NCBI RefSeq assembly: GCF_006345805.1
Contig: NC_043010.1
Coordinates: 47,182,001 to 47,246,000 of the forward strand
From: Octopus sinensis
Taxonomy: Eukaryota
Length of the DNA stretch: 64,000 nt
Direction: 5' to 3'
Shown: positions 13,703 through 23,756 of the stretch, piece after piece
Position numbering within the stretch: the first letter of the stretch is position 1
How the letters are laid out: each line of letters opens with the position of its first letter
Program-made: the position numbers and the translations under genes
Notes under the pieces: generated by a model
Told to the model about the DNA's origin: nothing
Seen by the model: the letters and a program-made list of their open reading frames with translations, nothing else
Databases searched by the model: none

Positions 13703-16643
13703 CTGTGAATGTGTGTTTTAAAAAATTATGGAACGGAGCAGATAAATAAAGTCCAGGGTACATATGTTTCATAGCTAGCAGATCCTCAGAAGTAGTAAAT
13801 ATATACACACATATACATATATATGTACAGATAGATAGATAGATAGATAGATAGATAACACACATTATATCACATTTTCATTTGAACTAATATATAACGA
13901 CCAACATCGTATTATAAGACAGCAGTGTGTGATTTTAGGGATGTGTTGGCTGCTATTTCTAGCAGTTTAGAGATCATATAAAGGCCCTTTCGTTGGTTCA
14001 AGACACAGAAGCTATCTTTATGCTAACACAGTATGAGAAATTAAGTTTGCATCTTGCTGCCTAAACAACATAATTTAATACATGACAAAAGCGCCATACA
14101 GAGACGTTTATAAATAACTAGCAGTATCGCCCGGCGTTGCTCGGGTTTGTAAGGGAAATAACTATATAAGCATTTTTAGAGAGTTACTTCCCTTATAGAT
14201 GCCAATTCGGGCTTTCTTAGCCATTTCTGTTTTGGTGTCTTCAAGCCATGAAGTCGTTGTTCTAAAAGAACGCTGGTCTCCTTGACAACGCTTTACGACG
14301 TTGATTTCCTTACACTCCCTTCCCCACAGCTTCACGAGGGAGGGAAGAAGGGGGAGAAGCAAACAGGTGCAGGTGTGACCATGGACGCCAACTCCGCCGC
14401 CATCGACACACAAAAAATTATGCATTAAAATGGAATAAAAAACGATGTTAAATTATTTTTAAAATCGTAGACTCATGCTAATACTCAGACGGGCTCGATA
14501 TGAATCACGACTATAAGATACCCGAATTTGGTTAAACTGCACCGCAAAATGTGGGAGTAGTTAGGAATCTAAATCGAAGGGGACAGACACTCACACAACT
14601 ACAGTTTTATATATATAGAAGATTGTTTTATTACTGGCAACAAGTTTGTAACATAATTTAAGTTACTGTAGCTCATCCGCTATTCACGAAACAGGGGAGT
14701 TAACTCCTTAAGCATTTAAACCTGTGAACAGATGTTAATGCAGAAACAGATGTTTCAAAGACCTATATTCCCCCCCCCCGGCCCCAAAAATCTATTTCCC
14801 TCTCAAGACACTATGGCATACCTAACACATACCTTTCTTGAAAGGGGGAAAAATTGATGGGAACGCACACATCCATATTGATACACATTACAACACATCT
14901 ACAAAATGAATCATAAAATTTTGAAAAAATTATGAGATGTCAGTAGATATGTATACATTCCCACCAATCTTTTTTTTTTTCCTCACATTAAGTTTCTATA
15001 TAACTGTAATTTACACCATCTGAAAGCTAATTGTAGAAAATTTCATTAAAAATTATCCATTTTTCTGAAAGTTATGAGAAAACAAAGTGAATTATCTAAA
15101 ACGTCTTCTTCACCCATAGAAAACATTTTCACAACAAATTTCGAAATAGTTGTAACTTACATTATCTGAAAGGTATTTGTAGAAAATTTCTCTAAAAAAT
15201 AACCCCTCCTCTTTTTTTTTTTTTTTGATAGTTATGAGGAAACAAATTCGAATATGGAGGAAGCTCAGTTGTGTAGTTATACGGACAATATAAAATTTAA
15301 CCATCTAAACGTAATTTTGTTTAGAAAGTTAATGCTTTTTTGGAATTTCTGTGCTTCATATCAAAAATGCAAAAAAGACGAAAGCTAAGAACAAAGCCTA
15401 CGCTAGCGAGTGTGGAGCCCAATTAGAGAATTGTCAGTGGCGCCCTCTACTCAACAAAAGCTGAAGATTGATGTTTTATGCTTTGTGTTGAATGCCAGTC
15501 CCAGCCAAAAAACATTGAGACATTGAAGCTCCACCATTACTCACAATGATATACTTAAAAACTCTTCATAGTCTCCTCCACTCAAGCACATGTGCAGGAC
15601 TCTCTCTTGGTGCAGGGTCCGATTTGAACAAATCTGTCTAAATGACTTAAAACTGGCCCTGTATAAGAATAATGATGCTGTCAATGATGGTGGTAGTTGT
15701 TGTATGATGACAACAACAGTGGCAACCTTAGGGAGGACAGGGGTTGTTGTCATAGTGATTGCGATCACGACTATGATAGATAATTCTTTCTACTATAAGC
15801 ACAAGGTCAAAAATTTGTTGGGGCAGGGATTAGTCAACTACATTGATCCCAGCATTCAACTGGTAATTATTTTAACGATGCTGAAAAAAAAAAAAAACCG
15901 AAAGGTAAAATCGACCTGGGCAGAATTTGAGCTCAGAATGTGAATACAGATGAAGTGCTGCTAAGCAGTTTGTCCAGTGTGCTAACGATTCTGCCAGCTA
16001 ATCATCGTATGATGATAATTGATCATGATGATAGACATTGTAAATAGTTGGTCTTCTATGAGAAAATACACTTACTCGCAAGCAGCTAATGTGGTCACTG
16101 TTGGATCAATCTTCTCAATGAAAGGAACTTGGAATGAGAAATTTAAAACTTTGGTTTCTACAGCTTTTTGACCTTCATTTTCCTTTTCCTGAAACAAATG
16201 TGGAAACCCAACTCAGTCCAGATGTTTAATCAGAGAAATCAGTGTAAAAATGATTAGCATGTTTGGTTAGCAAGAAATAGAAGATTCAATTGCTATTGTC
16301 ATTGCATTTTTAGTACAGGCTTGAACAGCTGTTTACAAGTGTATTTATATTGTTAAAGGAATTAGAAGAAGGCACCAAAAACTGGTGAGATTGATGCCTC
16401 CCACCCTGCCAAGACTGGTGAGATTGAAAAGAATGGCAGTCTATAGTATAAACAAACCTAAATTTACTAAAATAGGGGTTTAAGAGAGTTCTATCTGCAC
16501 ACATTGCAAACATCCAATCTAACAGGATAAATCTGACTGAAGACATGAAAAATGGAGTCACTTATACTGCTAAGAACCCTTTAGAGGTGTGAAACCAATG
16601 GTCACTCTCTGACTGGTCATAACCAACAAACTTTTAAGTATGT

Positions 16644-16729
<86 letters not shown>

Positions 16730-18497
16730 GTATATATATATATATACACGTATATATATGTATATATGTATATATATATATATATATGTATATTCTTTTA
16801 CTAGTTTCAGTCATTTGACTACAGCCATGCTGGAGCACCGCCTTGGTGGGTTTTAGTTGAATAAATTGACCCCAGGACTTATTTTTTTAAGCCTTGACAA
16901 CCAGTTGTCAAGTGGTGATGGGGGGACAAACACAGACAGAAAGACACATACACATAGATATATACATACATATATATATATATATGTATATATATACACA
17001 CACACACAGTGGGCTTCTTTCAGTTTCTGTCAACCAAATCCACTCACAAGGATTTGGTCGGCCCAAGGCTATAGCAGAAGACACTTGCCCAAGGTGCCAT
17101 GCAGTGGGACTGAACCCAGAACAATGTGGTTGGGAAGCAAGCTTCTTACCACACAGTCATGCCTCTATATGCACATATATATTTGATATAATTACTCAAT
17201 CATGAGGAAGGGCAGTGTTCACAACACTTTTAGAGCCTCTGGAGGTATCAGGAGAACTGACCCAAATGCTTGTAACAGAGTGGTCTCTGCTAAAAGCACG
17301 CAACAGCCAGGTAGTGGTATCAAACTAGGTGATGGATTTAATTCTCCCCACCAAATGTAGCTTAGTGCTGGCCTTCATTAACAGGAGGGTATTAATCATT
17401 TGGATGATACTCTACTTAAACTTTTACAAAGTGAGTGGACAAGTGAATTGAGTATTGTATCGTATTATGTCACTATTTCATATCATGGGCCAAAATATTT
17501 AGCTAAAATATTGTTTGTTTATCTCATGGCCAACCTGGTTCACCAAACCTGTGATCAAAGGCATTCAAGCTGTGGCTGTCACAGCTTATTTTCATGTACA
17601 GTGTTTCTTGGACTATATTTATCAAGTGTGTTCTTGAATTCATCATCATCATCGTTTAACGTTCGTTTTCCATGCTAGCATGGGTTGGATGGTTCAACTG
17701 GGGTCTGCGAAGCCAGAAGGCTGCGCCAGGCCCAGTCTGATCTGGCAGTGTTTCTACGGCTGGATGCCCTTCCTAACGCCAACCACTCCATGAGTGTAGT
17801 GGGTGCTTTTTATGTGCCACCTGCACAGGTGCCAGACAAGGCTGGCAAACGGCCATGATCGGATGAAGTAAATAAACTGTTATTCCAGGATGAGTTTGTT
17901 TGCTACTGTTTCTCGCAGTCCAAACAACCATGCAGAGACTCACTCTAAAGTGTGTGTAAATAATTTTATATTGATTAGTATACACTAACAAAAGATGTGC
18001 ACTTACCCATCTAGCAATAGCTTCCCTGATTGATGTTGGTTTGACGGCCGCCTGTTTTTGTTAAAACATGTATCAGTAATATTTATTTTCAGTAGTTATG
18101 AAGTTTTATTTTCTTATGAGAGAAATGTATTGAACAGAAAGCATACCTACACAAGTGTGACCCACTCCCAAGACTTTCTCTTCTCATAACTTTCAGAAAA
18201 TAATGTATTTCCTTGATAAAATTTTCCAAAAATACCTTTTGGATGGTGTAGATTCCAATTATACTGGAATTCAATGAAAAAATTTCTTTGCAGTGGGTGA
18301 AGAGTTTCAGATAATTCACACAAGGTGACTTTATTTTCTTGTAACTTTCGCAAAAAGATAGTTTCTAAATAAATTTTCAACAAATAACCTCCAGATGATG
18401 TACATTATGATTATAGTGAAATTTAATGTAAAAAGAAAAGAAAATGGCAAAAGCGCACACATATTCAACTTACATAATTTTTTGAAATTCAAGTTTC

Positions 18498-18532
<35 letters not shown>

Positions 18533-18905
18533 CAGTGGAGGCACAATGGCCCAGTGGTTAGCACAGCAGACTGGCGGTTTCGATCCCCAGACCAGGCGTT
18601 GTGAATGTTTATTGAGTGAAAACACCTAAAGCTCCACGAGGCTTTGGTGGGGAGTGGGGGAACCCTGGTGTACTCTTTCACCACAACATTGTCTCACTGT
18701 TTCTTCCTGTTTCTGTTGTACCTGTATTTCAAAGGGCCAGCCTTGTCACACTCTGTATATGCTGAATCTCCCCGAGAACTACATTAAGGGTACATGTGTC
18801 TGTGGAGTGCTTAGCCACTTGCATGTTAATTTTACGAGCAGGCTGTTCTGTTGATCGGATCAACTGGAACCCTCGTAGTCATAACTGATGGAGTGCCATG
18901 ACACA

Positions 18906-18945
<40 letters not shown>

Positions 18946-21215
18946 CAGTATGCATATGTGCGTGCCCACCATTTCTTTTTCTCACATTAAATTCTGCTGT
19001 AATCATGATCTACACCATCTAAAAAGTATTTGTAGAAAATTTCATTAAAAAATATCCGTTTTCCTGAAAGCTTTGAGGGAACAATGTCTAGGCAGAAGGA
19101 GGACACACTAGTGTATGTATGCCAAACAAAATTTATACTTATATATTACTGGAATTTATTTTGGCAGATGTTAGACTTAGGAAGCACTAAGAAGTTAGAA
19201 TTTCTCCATTTTGACGGGGATTTTTCAGATTTTCTTTTTCACAGTGCCATTGGAAATGTTCTGGACTATCTTTTTAGCCAAAGAAAAAAGAAAAAAGAAA
19301 AAAAATTTGCGAAAAATGTATTTTTTAAAAACCTCATCCCCCATCCCACCACTCGGAGAGGGGAATATGAATCGAGTTTGGTCACTACGCACGGTGATTT
19401 CTGGGGGCTCTACACACTTAAAAACCATAAGAGAAGCCTTTACGGAAAAAAAAGTAAATATTTTCAGATGAAAATGTGTATGAATTGGCTGTTGTTTCTA
19501 GCATATTCCATGAAAGGTGAGATTTAGGGTTGATAAAAATCAAATTTAAAACAAAAAAAATTTTATAGCGTAAATGGGGAGAAAACAGTGAAAAACATCA
19601 ATACTTGTCAGAGTGAGAAAGAAACGACGAAGGTGGTCATGGAATATGTTAGAAACAACAGCCAAATCTCCCTTTAATCACACCTTTACGTCTGAAAATA
19701 TTTACCTTTTTTTTAACAAAAGGCTTCTCCTATAGTTTTTAAGTGCGTAATGCCCCCCCCCAAAATCGATTAAGCTCGGGTTTTATATATATATAAAAAA
19801 ACTATCATTTTCGCATTTTTTTCTAGAAAAATAGTCGGCGATCTTGCCAAATAGTCCAGAGCATTTCCAAGGGCACAGTTAAAAAAAAAATCTAAAAAGT
19901 TCCCGCCAAAACGGAGAAATTCCAACTTGTTGGTGCTTCCTAAGTCCGACGTCCGCCTTTAGTTTATCGACCTTTAATGGGATTGACACGTAATGTTGAC
20001 ATCGGTGGGATTAGAACTCAGAACTTGGAGTGGTCTCCCCACTTTTCAAAATAGTATTAATAATTTTTAAAGCAGCGAGCTGGCAGAATCGTTAGCATAC
20101 TGGACTAAGAATGTTGTCTGTCATTACGTTCTGAGTTCAAATTCCGCCAAGGTCGACTTTGCCTTTCATCCTTTTGGGGTCGATAAAATAAGTACCAATA
20201 GAACTCTTGGACCGATGTAATCGACTTACGCCTCCCCGAAATTGCTGGCTTTGTACCAAAATTTGAAACCAATATGAATACTTTCTTACAAGACACGAGG
20301 CTGGACATTTTATGGATAAGGGAACAATCGTTTTAGATCCTTTCTACAATAGGCACAAGGCCTGAAATTTTGGAGCGGGGTGAGTAGTTGATTACATCGA
20401 CTCCAGTTCTTGACTGGTACGTATTTTATCGAGCCCGAAAGGATGATAAGCAAAGTCGATTTAAGCTGAATTTGAACTCAGAACGTAAAGACGGACAAAA
20501 TGCTGCTAAGCATTTTGTCCTGCGTGCTAACGATTCTGCCAGCTTGTCGCCTTATAAGTCATTTTATACTAAACCTATGACGGATGAAAGACAAGAAGGA
20601 AAAAAATGGAAAGAAAGAAAAGCCACGCCAAAATAACGAACAATAACATTGTAAATGTAATTAAATAATCAGTTTGCTTATCCCCGCATATTGTACAAGG
20701 CGGCTGATCGCGATGAAAGGTAAAGGGAAAAAGTCAGTTACACTTCTTTGTTAGTGTTGCTTATCTTATAATAACGAGCTTATTGTTACACAGTGCTCAG
20801 GTTTACTACAACTATCGGAATAAGTTAAAAGAGGATCAGAAAGCAGCAAGTAATAGAAGCAATGATAGCCAAAAGTGGATGCATAAGTACGGTGGATAAA
20901 GCACAAAAAGACGGAAAAGTGAACAGTAAAAGAGTCTTAAAGAGGATAAATACGCCAAGAGTGCAGAATTTTTCAAGGGAATAAAATATTCCATGCTTTG
21001 AGAATTCTGAGCATGAAAAAAATGTTTCCGAAAGTCATAAGTGTTGCACTGTTTTTTTTCCGTTTTTTTTTGCTTTTTTACTGACGAGTGGTTCCCTTTT
21101 GGAAATGCATCATTGACATGCCTACTCATTTCTATTCTTTCCCAATAAACCTGAATTGAAACTTAAAATATGAATATTTAAAAAATAGCAACTCGTAGAT
21201 TTAACAACATACCAT
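1181..21215 (-). CDS. DNAL1: Dynein axonemal light chain 1 (LRR protein), whole gene: join of 10 exons, 576 nt, 191 aa
   Basis: Spliced translation [191 protein letters not shown]. It matches DNAL1/LC1 as I recall it ([52 protein letters not shown]). All introns are GT-AG and phases agree. Confidence 0.96.
1752..2150 (+). mobile_element. CR1-group LINE 3' end
   Basis: DTHKIINH...[39 protein letters not shown] and (ATT)n tail; explains ORF 1578-2012. Confidence 0.85.
3053..3850 (+). mobile_element. RTE-clade LINE 3' fragment (RT C-terminus, 3'UTR, (GAT)n tail)
   Basis: [11 protein letters not shown]...RNEASML.WMCNV...LCWYGH...GRGRPRKT; ends in catggaaaacagatgttaaacgatgatgat. Confidence 0.85.
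4401..4487 (-). CDS. DNAL1: DNAL1 exon 9 (GNPIEEHH...KLKKLD)
   Basis: ttccag|GA AAT...GAT G|gtttgt, 87 nt, phase 1-1. Confidence 0.95.
4636..4672 (-). CDS. DNAL1: DNAL1 exon 8 ([12 protein letters not shown])
   Basis: ttccag|GCT...GTA G|gtatgt, 37 nt, phase 0-1. Confidence 0.94.
5190..5375 (-). mobile_element. Headless inverted copy of family E
   Basis: Reverse complement of 5585-5730, including CTGATGA-A-GGCTG...CAACC-GAAAC at 5283-5315. Confidence 0.75.
5500..5730 (+). mobile_element. tRNA-headed SINE-like element (family E) with hammerhead-like core
   Basis: A-box TGGCGTAATGG 5505-5515, B-box-like GTTTGATTCC 5550-5559, then CTGATGA-A-GGCTG-(10 nt)-CAGCT-GAAA at 5638-5669. Confidence 0.7.
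6164..6217 (-). CDS. DNAL1: DNAL1 exon 7 ([18 protein letters not shown])
   Basis: tttcag|GTA...CTA|gtaagt, 54 nt, phase 0-0. Confidence 0.95.
6378..6605 (-). mobile_element. tRNA-derived SINE family A (well preserved copy)
   Basis: GGCGAGCTGGCAGAAACGTTAGC...GAGTTCAAATT..GCCGAGGTCGACTTTGCCTTTCATCC. Other copies: 141-355(+), 5910-6118(-), 8945-9140(-), 9915-10130(-), 15805-16000(-), 28955-29155(-), 30815-31015(-), 42365-42560(-). Confidence 0.85.
6960..8900 (+). mobile_element. Degenerate Ty3/Gypsy pol (RT end, RNase H, integrase), split by a CR1 fragment
   Basis: LCYLGYKIS (RT end), [18 protein letters not shown] (RNase H), [13 protein letters not shown] (integrase core) in Gypsy order. Confidence 0.7.
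7535..7960 (+). mobile_element. CR1-group LINE 3' end
   Basis: Near-identical to 1752-2150, long (TTA)n tail. Confidence 0.85.
9275..9870. mobile_element. RTE RT fragment with internal inversion (minus 9275-9665, plus 9668-9870)
   Basis: Minus: QEGVIPDD...NYRGLKL...[10 protein letters not shown]...WLVRGMQA. Plus: QVGVHQG...LYTDDL. Confidence 0.75.
10890..10979 (-). CDS. DNAL1: DNAL1 exon 6 ([15 protein letters not shown]...KNLR)
   Basis: ttcaag|GAT...CGG|gtaagt, 90 nt, phase 0-0. Confidence 0.96.
11422..11477 (-). CDS. DNAL1: DNAL1 exon 5 ([19 protein letters not shown])
   Basis: tttcag|AA AAT...TTG|gtaagt, 56 nt, phase 1-0. Confidence 0.96.
11533..11863. repeat. 331-bp imperfect foldback
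   Basis: Outer arms ATTGTTATAC.TGGA.ATGGTTATTTTTT; inner arms CACACATTCT.TGAC..ATCAGTGACTCT. Confidence 0.75.
12105..12440 (-). mobile_element. CR1-group LINE fragment
   Basis: [23 protein letters not shown]...[21 protein letters not shown]. Confidence 0.8.
12889..13312 (+). mobile_element. tRNA-derived SINE family B (central CA/TA microsatellite)
   Basis: GGCGTAGGAGTGGCTGTGTGGTAAG...GGTTCAGTCCCAC...GTCAAATGACTGAAACAAGTAAAAGA. Also 10273-10660(+), 12468-12870(+), 61250-61640(+). Confidence 0.85.
13462..13517 (-). CDS. DNAL1: DNAL1 exon 4 ([18 protein letters not shown])
   Basis: ttatag|G CAT...CTC A|gtaagt, 56 nt, phase 2-1. Confidence 0.96.
14118..14622 (-). mobile_element. Non-autonomous Helitron with intact termini
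   Basis: Minus strand starts TC(TTCTATATATAT) and ends in the hairpin CCCGAGCAACGCCGGG, a short spacer and CTAG. It sits between host A and T with no TSD and is CpG-rich. Confidence 0.85.
16076..16188 (-). CDS. DNAL1: DNAL1 exon 3 (EKENEG...TTLAACE)
   Basis: tttcag|GAA...TGCGA|gtaagt, 113 nt, phase 0-2. Confidence 0.93.
16636..16795. repeat. Long (TA)n microsatellite
   Basis: About 160 bp of TA with rare CG/TG interruptions. Other simple repeats: (TG/CA)n 920-1010, 10430-10500, 13620-13700; (GA)n 25790-25825; (AAT)n 61655-61705. Confidence 0.95.
16793..17165 (-). mobile_element. SINE B
   Basis: Reverse complement of 12889-13312, with an internal deletion. Confidence 0.85.
18007..18051 (-). 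CDS. DNAL1: DNAL1 exon 2 ([15 protein letters not shown])
   Basis: aacag|GCG...TGG|gtaagt, 45 nt, phase 0-0. Confidence 0.92.
18532..18900 (+). mobile_element. SINE D-related subfamily with a different tail
   Basis: tRNA-like head plus GGGCCAGCCTTGTCACACTCTGT...GATCAACTGGAACCCTC tail; also 32290-32590(-) and head at 2880-3052(+). Confidence 0.7.
19163..19957. mobile_element. Foldback/MITE DNA element with about 300-bp imperfect TIRs
   Basis: 19163-19470 is the reverse complement of about 19690-19957 (GGCRGAYGT...GACTTAGGAAGCAC...AATTTCTCCRTTTTG). Confidence 0.75.
20072..20553. mobile_element. Tail-to-tail inverted pair of SINE A
   Basis: Plus copy 20072-20280, minus copy 20340-20553. Confidence 0.85.
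21213..21215 (-). CDS. DNAL1: DNAL1 exon 1 (ATG only, inferred)
   Basis: Minus strand reads gttATG|gtatgt: good Kozak context and donor, phase 0 as exon 2 needs, X-box 23 nt upstream. An alternative candidate is at 26579-26581. Confidence 0.65.
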
Positions 21216-21228
21216 AACTCATGAAAAT

Positions 21229-21251
21229 TATTTACTTGTTGTCATGGAGAT
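21229..21251 (-). promoter_or_regulatory. RFX X-box (ATCTCCATGACAAC, 21238-21251) plus forkhead core GTAAATA (21229-21235)
   Basis: Matches the X-box consensus RTHNYYWTRRNRAC at all 14 positions, immediately 5' of the DNAL1 ATG. RFX and FOXJ1 are established regulators of motile-cilia genes. Confidence 0.65.
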
Positions 21252-21787
21252 GCAACATGGAGTTTATAAAATTAGAATCTGAAAATATCGAAAAAAAAAA
21301 AAACGAAACGAAATAATCTCTAAAATTTAATATATATCATAAAACTGCGAAGTACTTAATTTTTACTTATAATAGTTCGAATAATCTTCTTTTTAAAATA
21401 TTGTATAAACTAAAATATATTCTCCTTCACAGTAGCTTTGATGTAATTCTTTCTATAACCATTCGGATCTTTTCCGTTTGGTTGCCACTTCCATTTTTGC
21501 TGTTTTTGTTATATTTGAAGTAATTGTTTCTAATTTAGACACAATGCCAGTAATGTTGAGGGAAAGGTATTTATTAGTCGATTACACGACTCCAACAATA
21601 GACTGCTGTTTTATTTCATGGGATGATAGGTAAAGTTAATCTCGGCGGGAACAAATGCCGTTCTAACAATTCTGTCAGCTCGTCGCACACTCGAGTGTGA
21701 AATAAACATCAGAGGGACTTTGCTTCACGCAAAGACAGCAGGAGCTTCTCAATGACATTGTCAGTTCTTCTGATTGTGACTAAAGTA

Positions 21788-22901
21788 GCAGACGTGGAAG
21801 ATAGGTTGTTCACATAAGTTGGAATTTCTCCGTTTTGACGGGGATTTTTCAGATTTTTTTTTACGGTACACTTGGAAATGACGGGGGATATCTTTTTATT
21901 AAAAAAATATATATTTTTTGAAAAATGATGATTCCTCCACCTCCGGTCCGATTTTGTGGACGCTACGCACTTACGAAGGAAAAATAAATGAACCTTAAAA
22001 CAATTTAAGTAATAGAAAAAGGTTAAAAAGAAAATCCATGCGTCCTGGTGACAAACAAATCCATAGATACGGTATTGAATATGGTTTCACTAAGGGCGAT
22101 TTAGCTGTTGTTTTTAGCACATCTCAAGACCATCTGATACCGTCATTGTTTAGTTACGTGGAAATTATTTTTAAAAAACTGCCGTTCAAACCGAAAAGAT
22201 CCCATTTGTATGTATCTATGTGTGTATGTATGGCCACACACACATACATACATACACACACACATACATACACACACACATACATGCATACATACATATA
22301 CACCGAGTAAAAAATTTCAGTTATCTCTCTCTTTCACACATTACTCTCTCTGTCTCTTCACACACACTAACAGAAGCACTTCACTTACACAACATACTGT
22401 CTGTCTCCCACACCCCATCAAACACACACACGTACATCAATGCTTCGGTAACTTCAAAAGAAATTCCCTCGTCATAAAATCGCTTCCTCTTAGTCTCTTT
22501 CGCTCTCATTACTTCAAATGTTCCCGCAAGCCCATATGTAAAAAAATAAAAGTTTTTTACGGAAATCATCGACGGAAACGTGCTACTACAAACGAAAGAT
22601 CACCAAAAAAAAAAAATTCACAAATATGGTGTTGAAAAATGTTTTCCTTTTTCTAACGGAAAGGTTTCACCTTTCGTTTTTAAGTGCGTAGTCCCCTCAA
22701 AAATCGACTAAAATCGGGAGTGAGGTAGGGTAAAAAATTACTATTTTTCAGAAATGTTTTTACTAAAAAGCTCCCCATCATTTTCTGTGAAAAAGATGCT
22801 CCTTCTTAATTTCCATGCAGAAAAGATAAAAAAAAAACCCGAAAAATTCCTGTCAAATGGAGAAATTCGAACTTATGTGGGCGACCTTATCCCTGACGTC
22901 C
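21788..22901. mobile_element. Second copy of the same foldback family
   Basis: TIRs GCAGACGT...CACATAAGTTGGAATTTCTCC and GGAGAAATTCGAACTTATGTG...GACGTCC; internal (CA)n. Confidence 0.7.
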
Positions 22902-22939
22902 AATATTTAAAACTATAACAATATTAAAAATCCTGTCTT

Positions 22940-23580
22940 CAAGCAGGCGTTTTAGGGTCAGAAGCGTTTCGTCTCTTGGCCCGTACACTTCAGCTGAATG
23001 CGGCAGCGAGGACTGAATTAGTTTTCATTGACTGAAGGGTTCCAAATGTGGTCTGTTGTCAGTTCCAACCGCTTTCAACTGGTCTAGCTGTCGTGACTAT
23101 TTCCTTGGTAGCTTTCTTCGGTTATTTGAGTTCCATACCAATCTTCTGCAAGAAATAGGGCACCTGTCTTGCTAGGAAGTTGTGGCAGCCGACTTCAATG
23201 AGGATTGAAGTTATGTGCTAACCGTTGACAAGAGCCTCGCCAATCAAGTTCTGATATTTGATTTTCTTCAGTTAGCAAAAAACGTCCAGCCCTCCCAGGG
23301 CACCGTGAGTACAGCCACGATTATTATTTTTGTGCTCCTGGATAAAAGGAACATGTCTGGTTGGATCGATGTTATTGTCATTTCTTCCTGAGAGACGAAT
23401 TTGTCCTTCAGATCCATCTCCCTGGCAGAGGCTTGATGCAAAATAGAAAATGGGTCTCCCAGCTACAGGCACTTTCGTTTTTTGTGCATTATCATCTTCC
23501 TTTAGGAATACCTTTTGGTATCATTCCTAAAGAGATGATACCTTTTAGTGACGATGTCTACTGCTTGTTGGCCTAATTCT
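22940..23580 (-). mobile_element. Degenerate RLE-type non-LTR retrotransposon 3' end (HERO/NeSL-like)
   Basis: QPDMFLLSRSTKIIIVAVLTVPWE / KKIKYQNLIGEALVNG*...IEVGCHNF is a PD-(D/E)xK restriction-like endonuclease with stops and frameshifts. Confidence 0.8.
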
Positions 23581-23756
23581 CTGCACTTGGTTCTAAAGTA
23601 AGAATTAAATAGTTGTTAATTTCTTTTAAACACCCATTCTCTAAAAGATCTCAGTTTAAAAACAAGCTTTAACATTAAGCATGGTATCTAAGGACACCAA
23701 AATACTTGTTAACTACCCAGTGATTTCAATGTTTGCAACAGTGAGCCATATGTATA

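Noticed and set aside
15400-15680. Possible hAT terminus (CAGTGGCGCC) and transposase remnant; 117-aa ORF at 15590
   Set aside because: No partner TIR, TSD or diagnostic motif found.
19084-19527. 147-aa ORF
   Set aside because: Lies in the TIR of a foldback element, is low in complexity and has no recognisable motif.
20700-20725. Plus-strand ATGAAAG|GTAAAG as the first exon of an antisense gene
   Set aside because: I found no downstream plus-strand coding exons.
22210-22635. 141-aa His/Thr-rich ORF and similar HT/YI/CV-rich ORFs throughout
   Set aside because: Translations of (CA)n/(TA)n repeats.
22930-23000. Possible permuted hammerhead in the HERO-like 3'UTR (CGAAAC...CTTGAAGA)
   Set aside because: The CUGANGA box is broken and the stems are not convincing.
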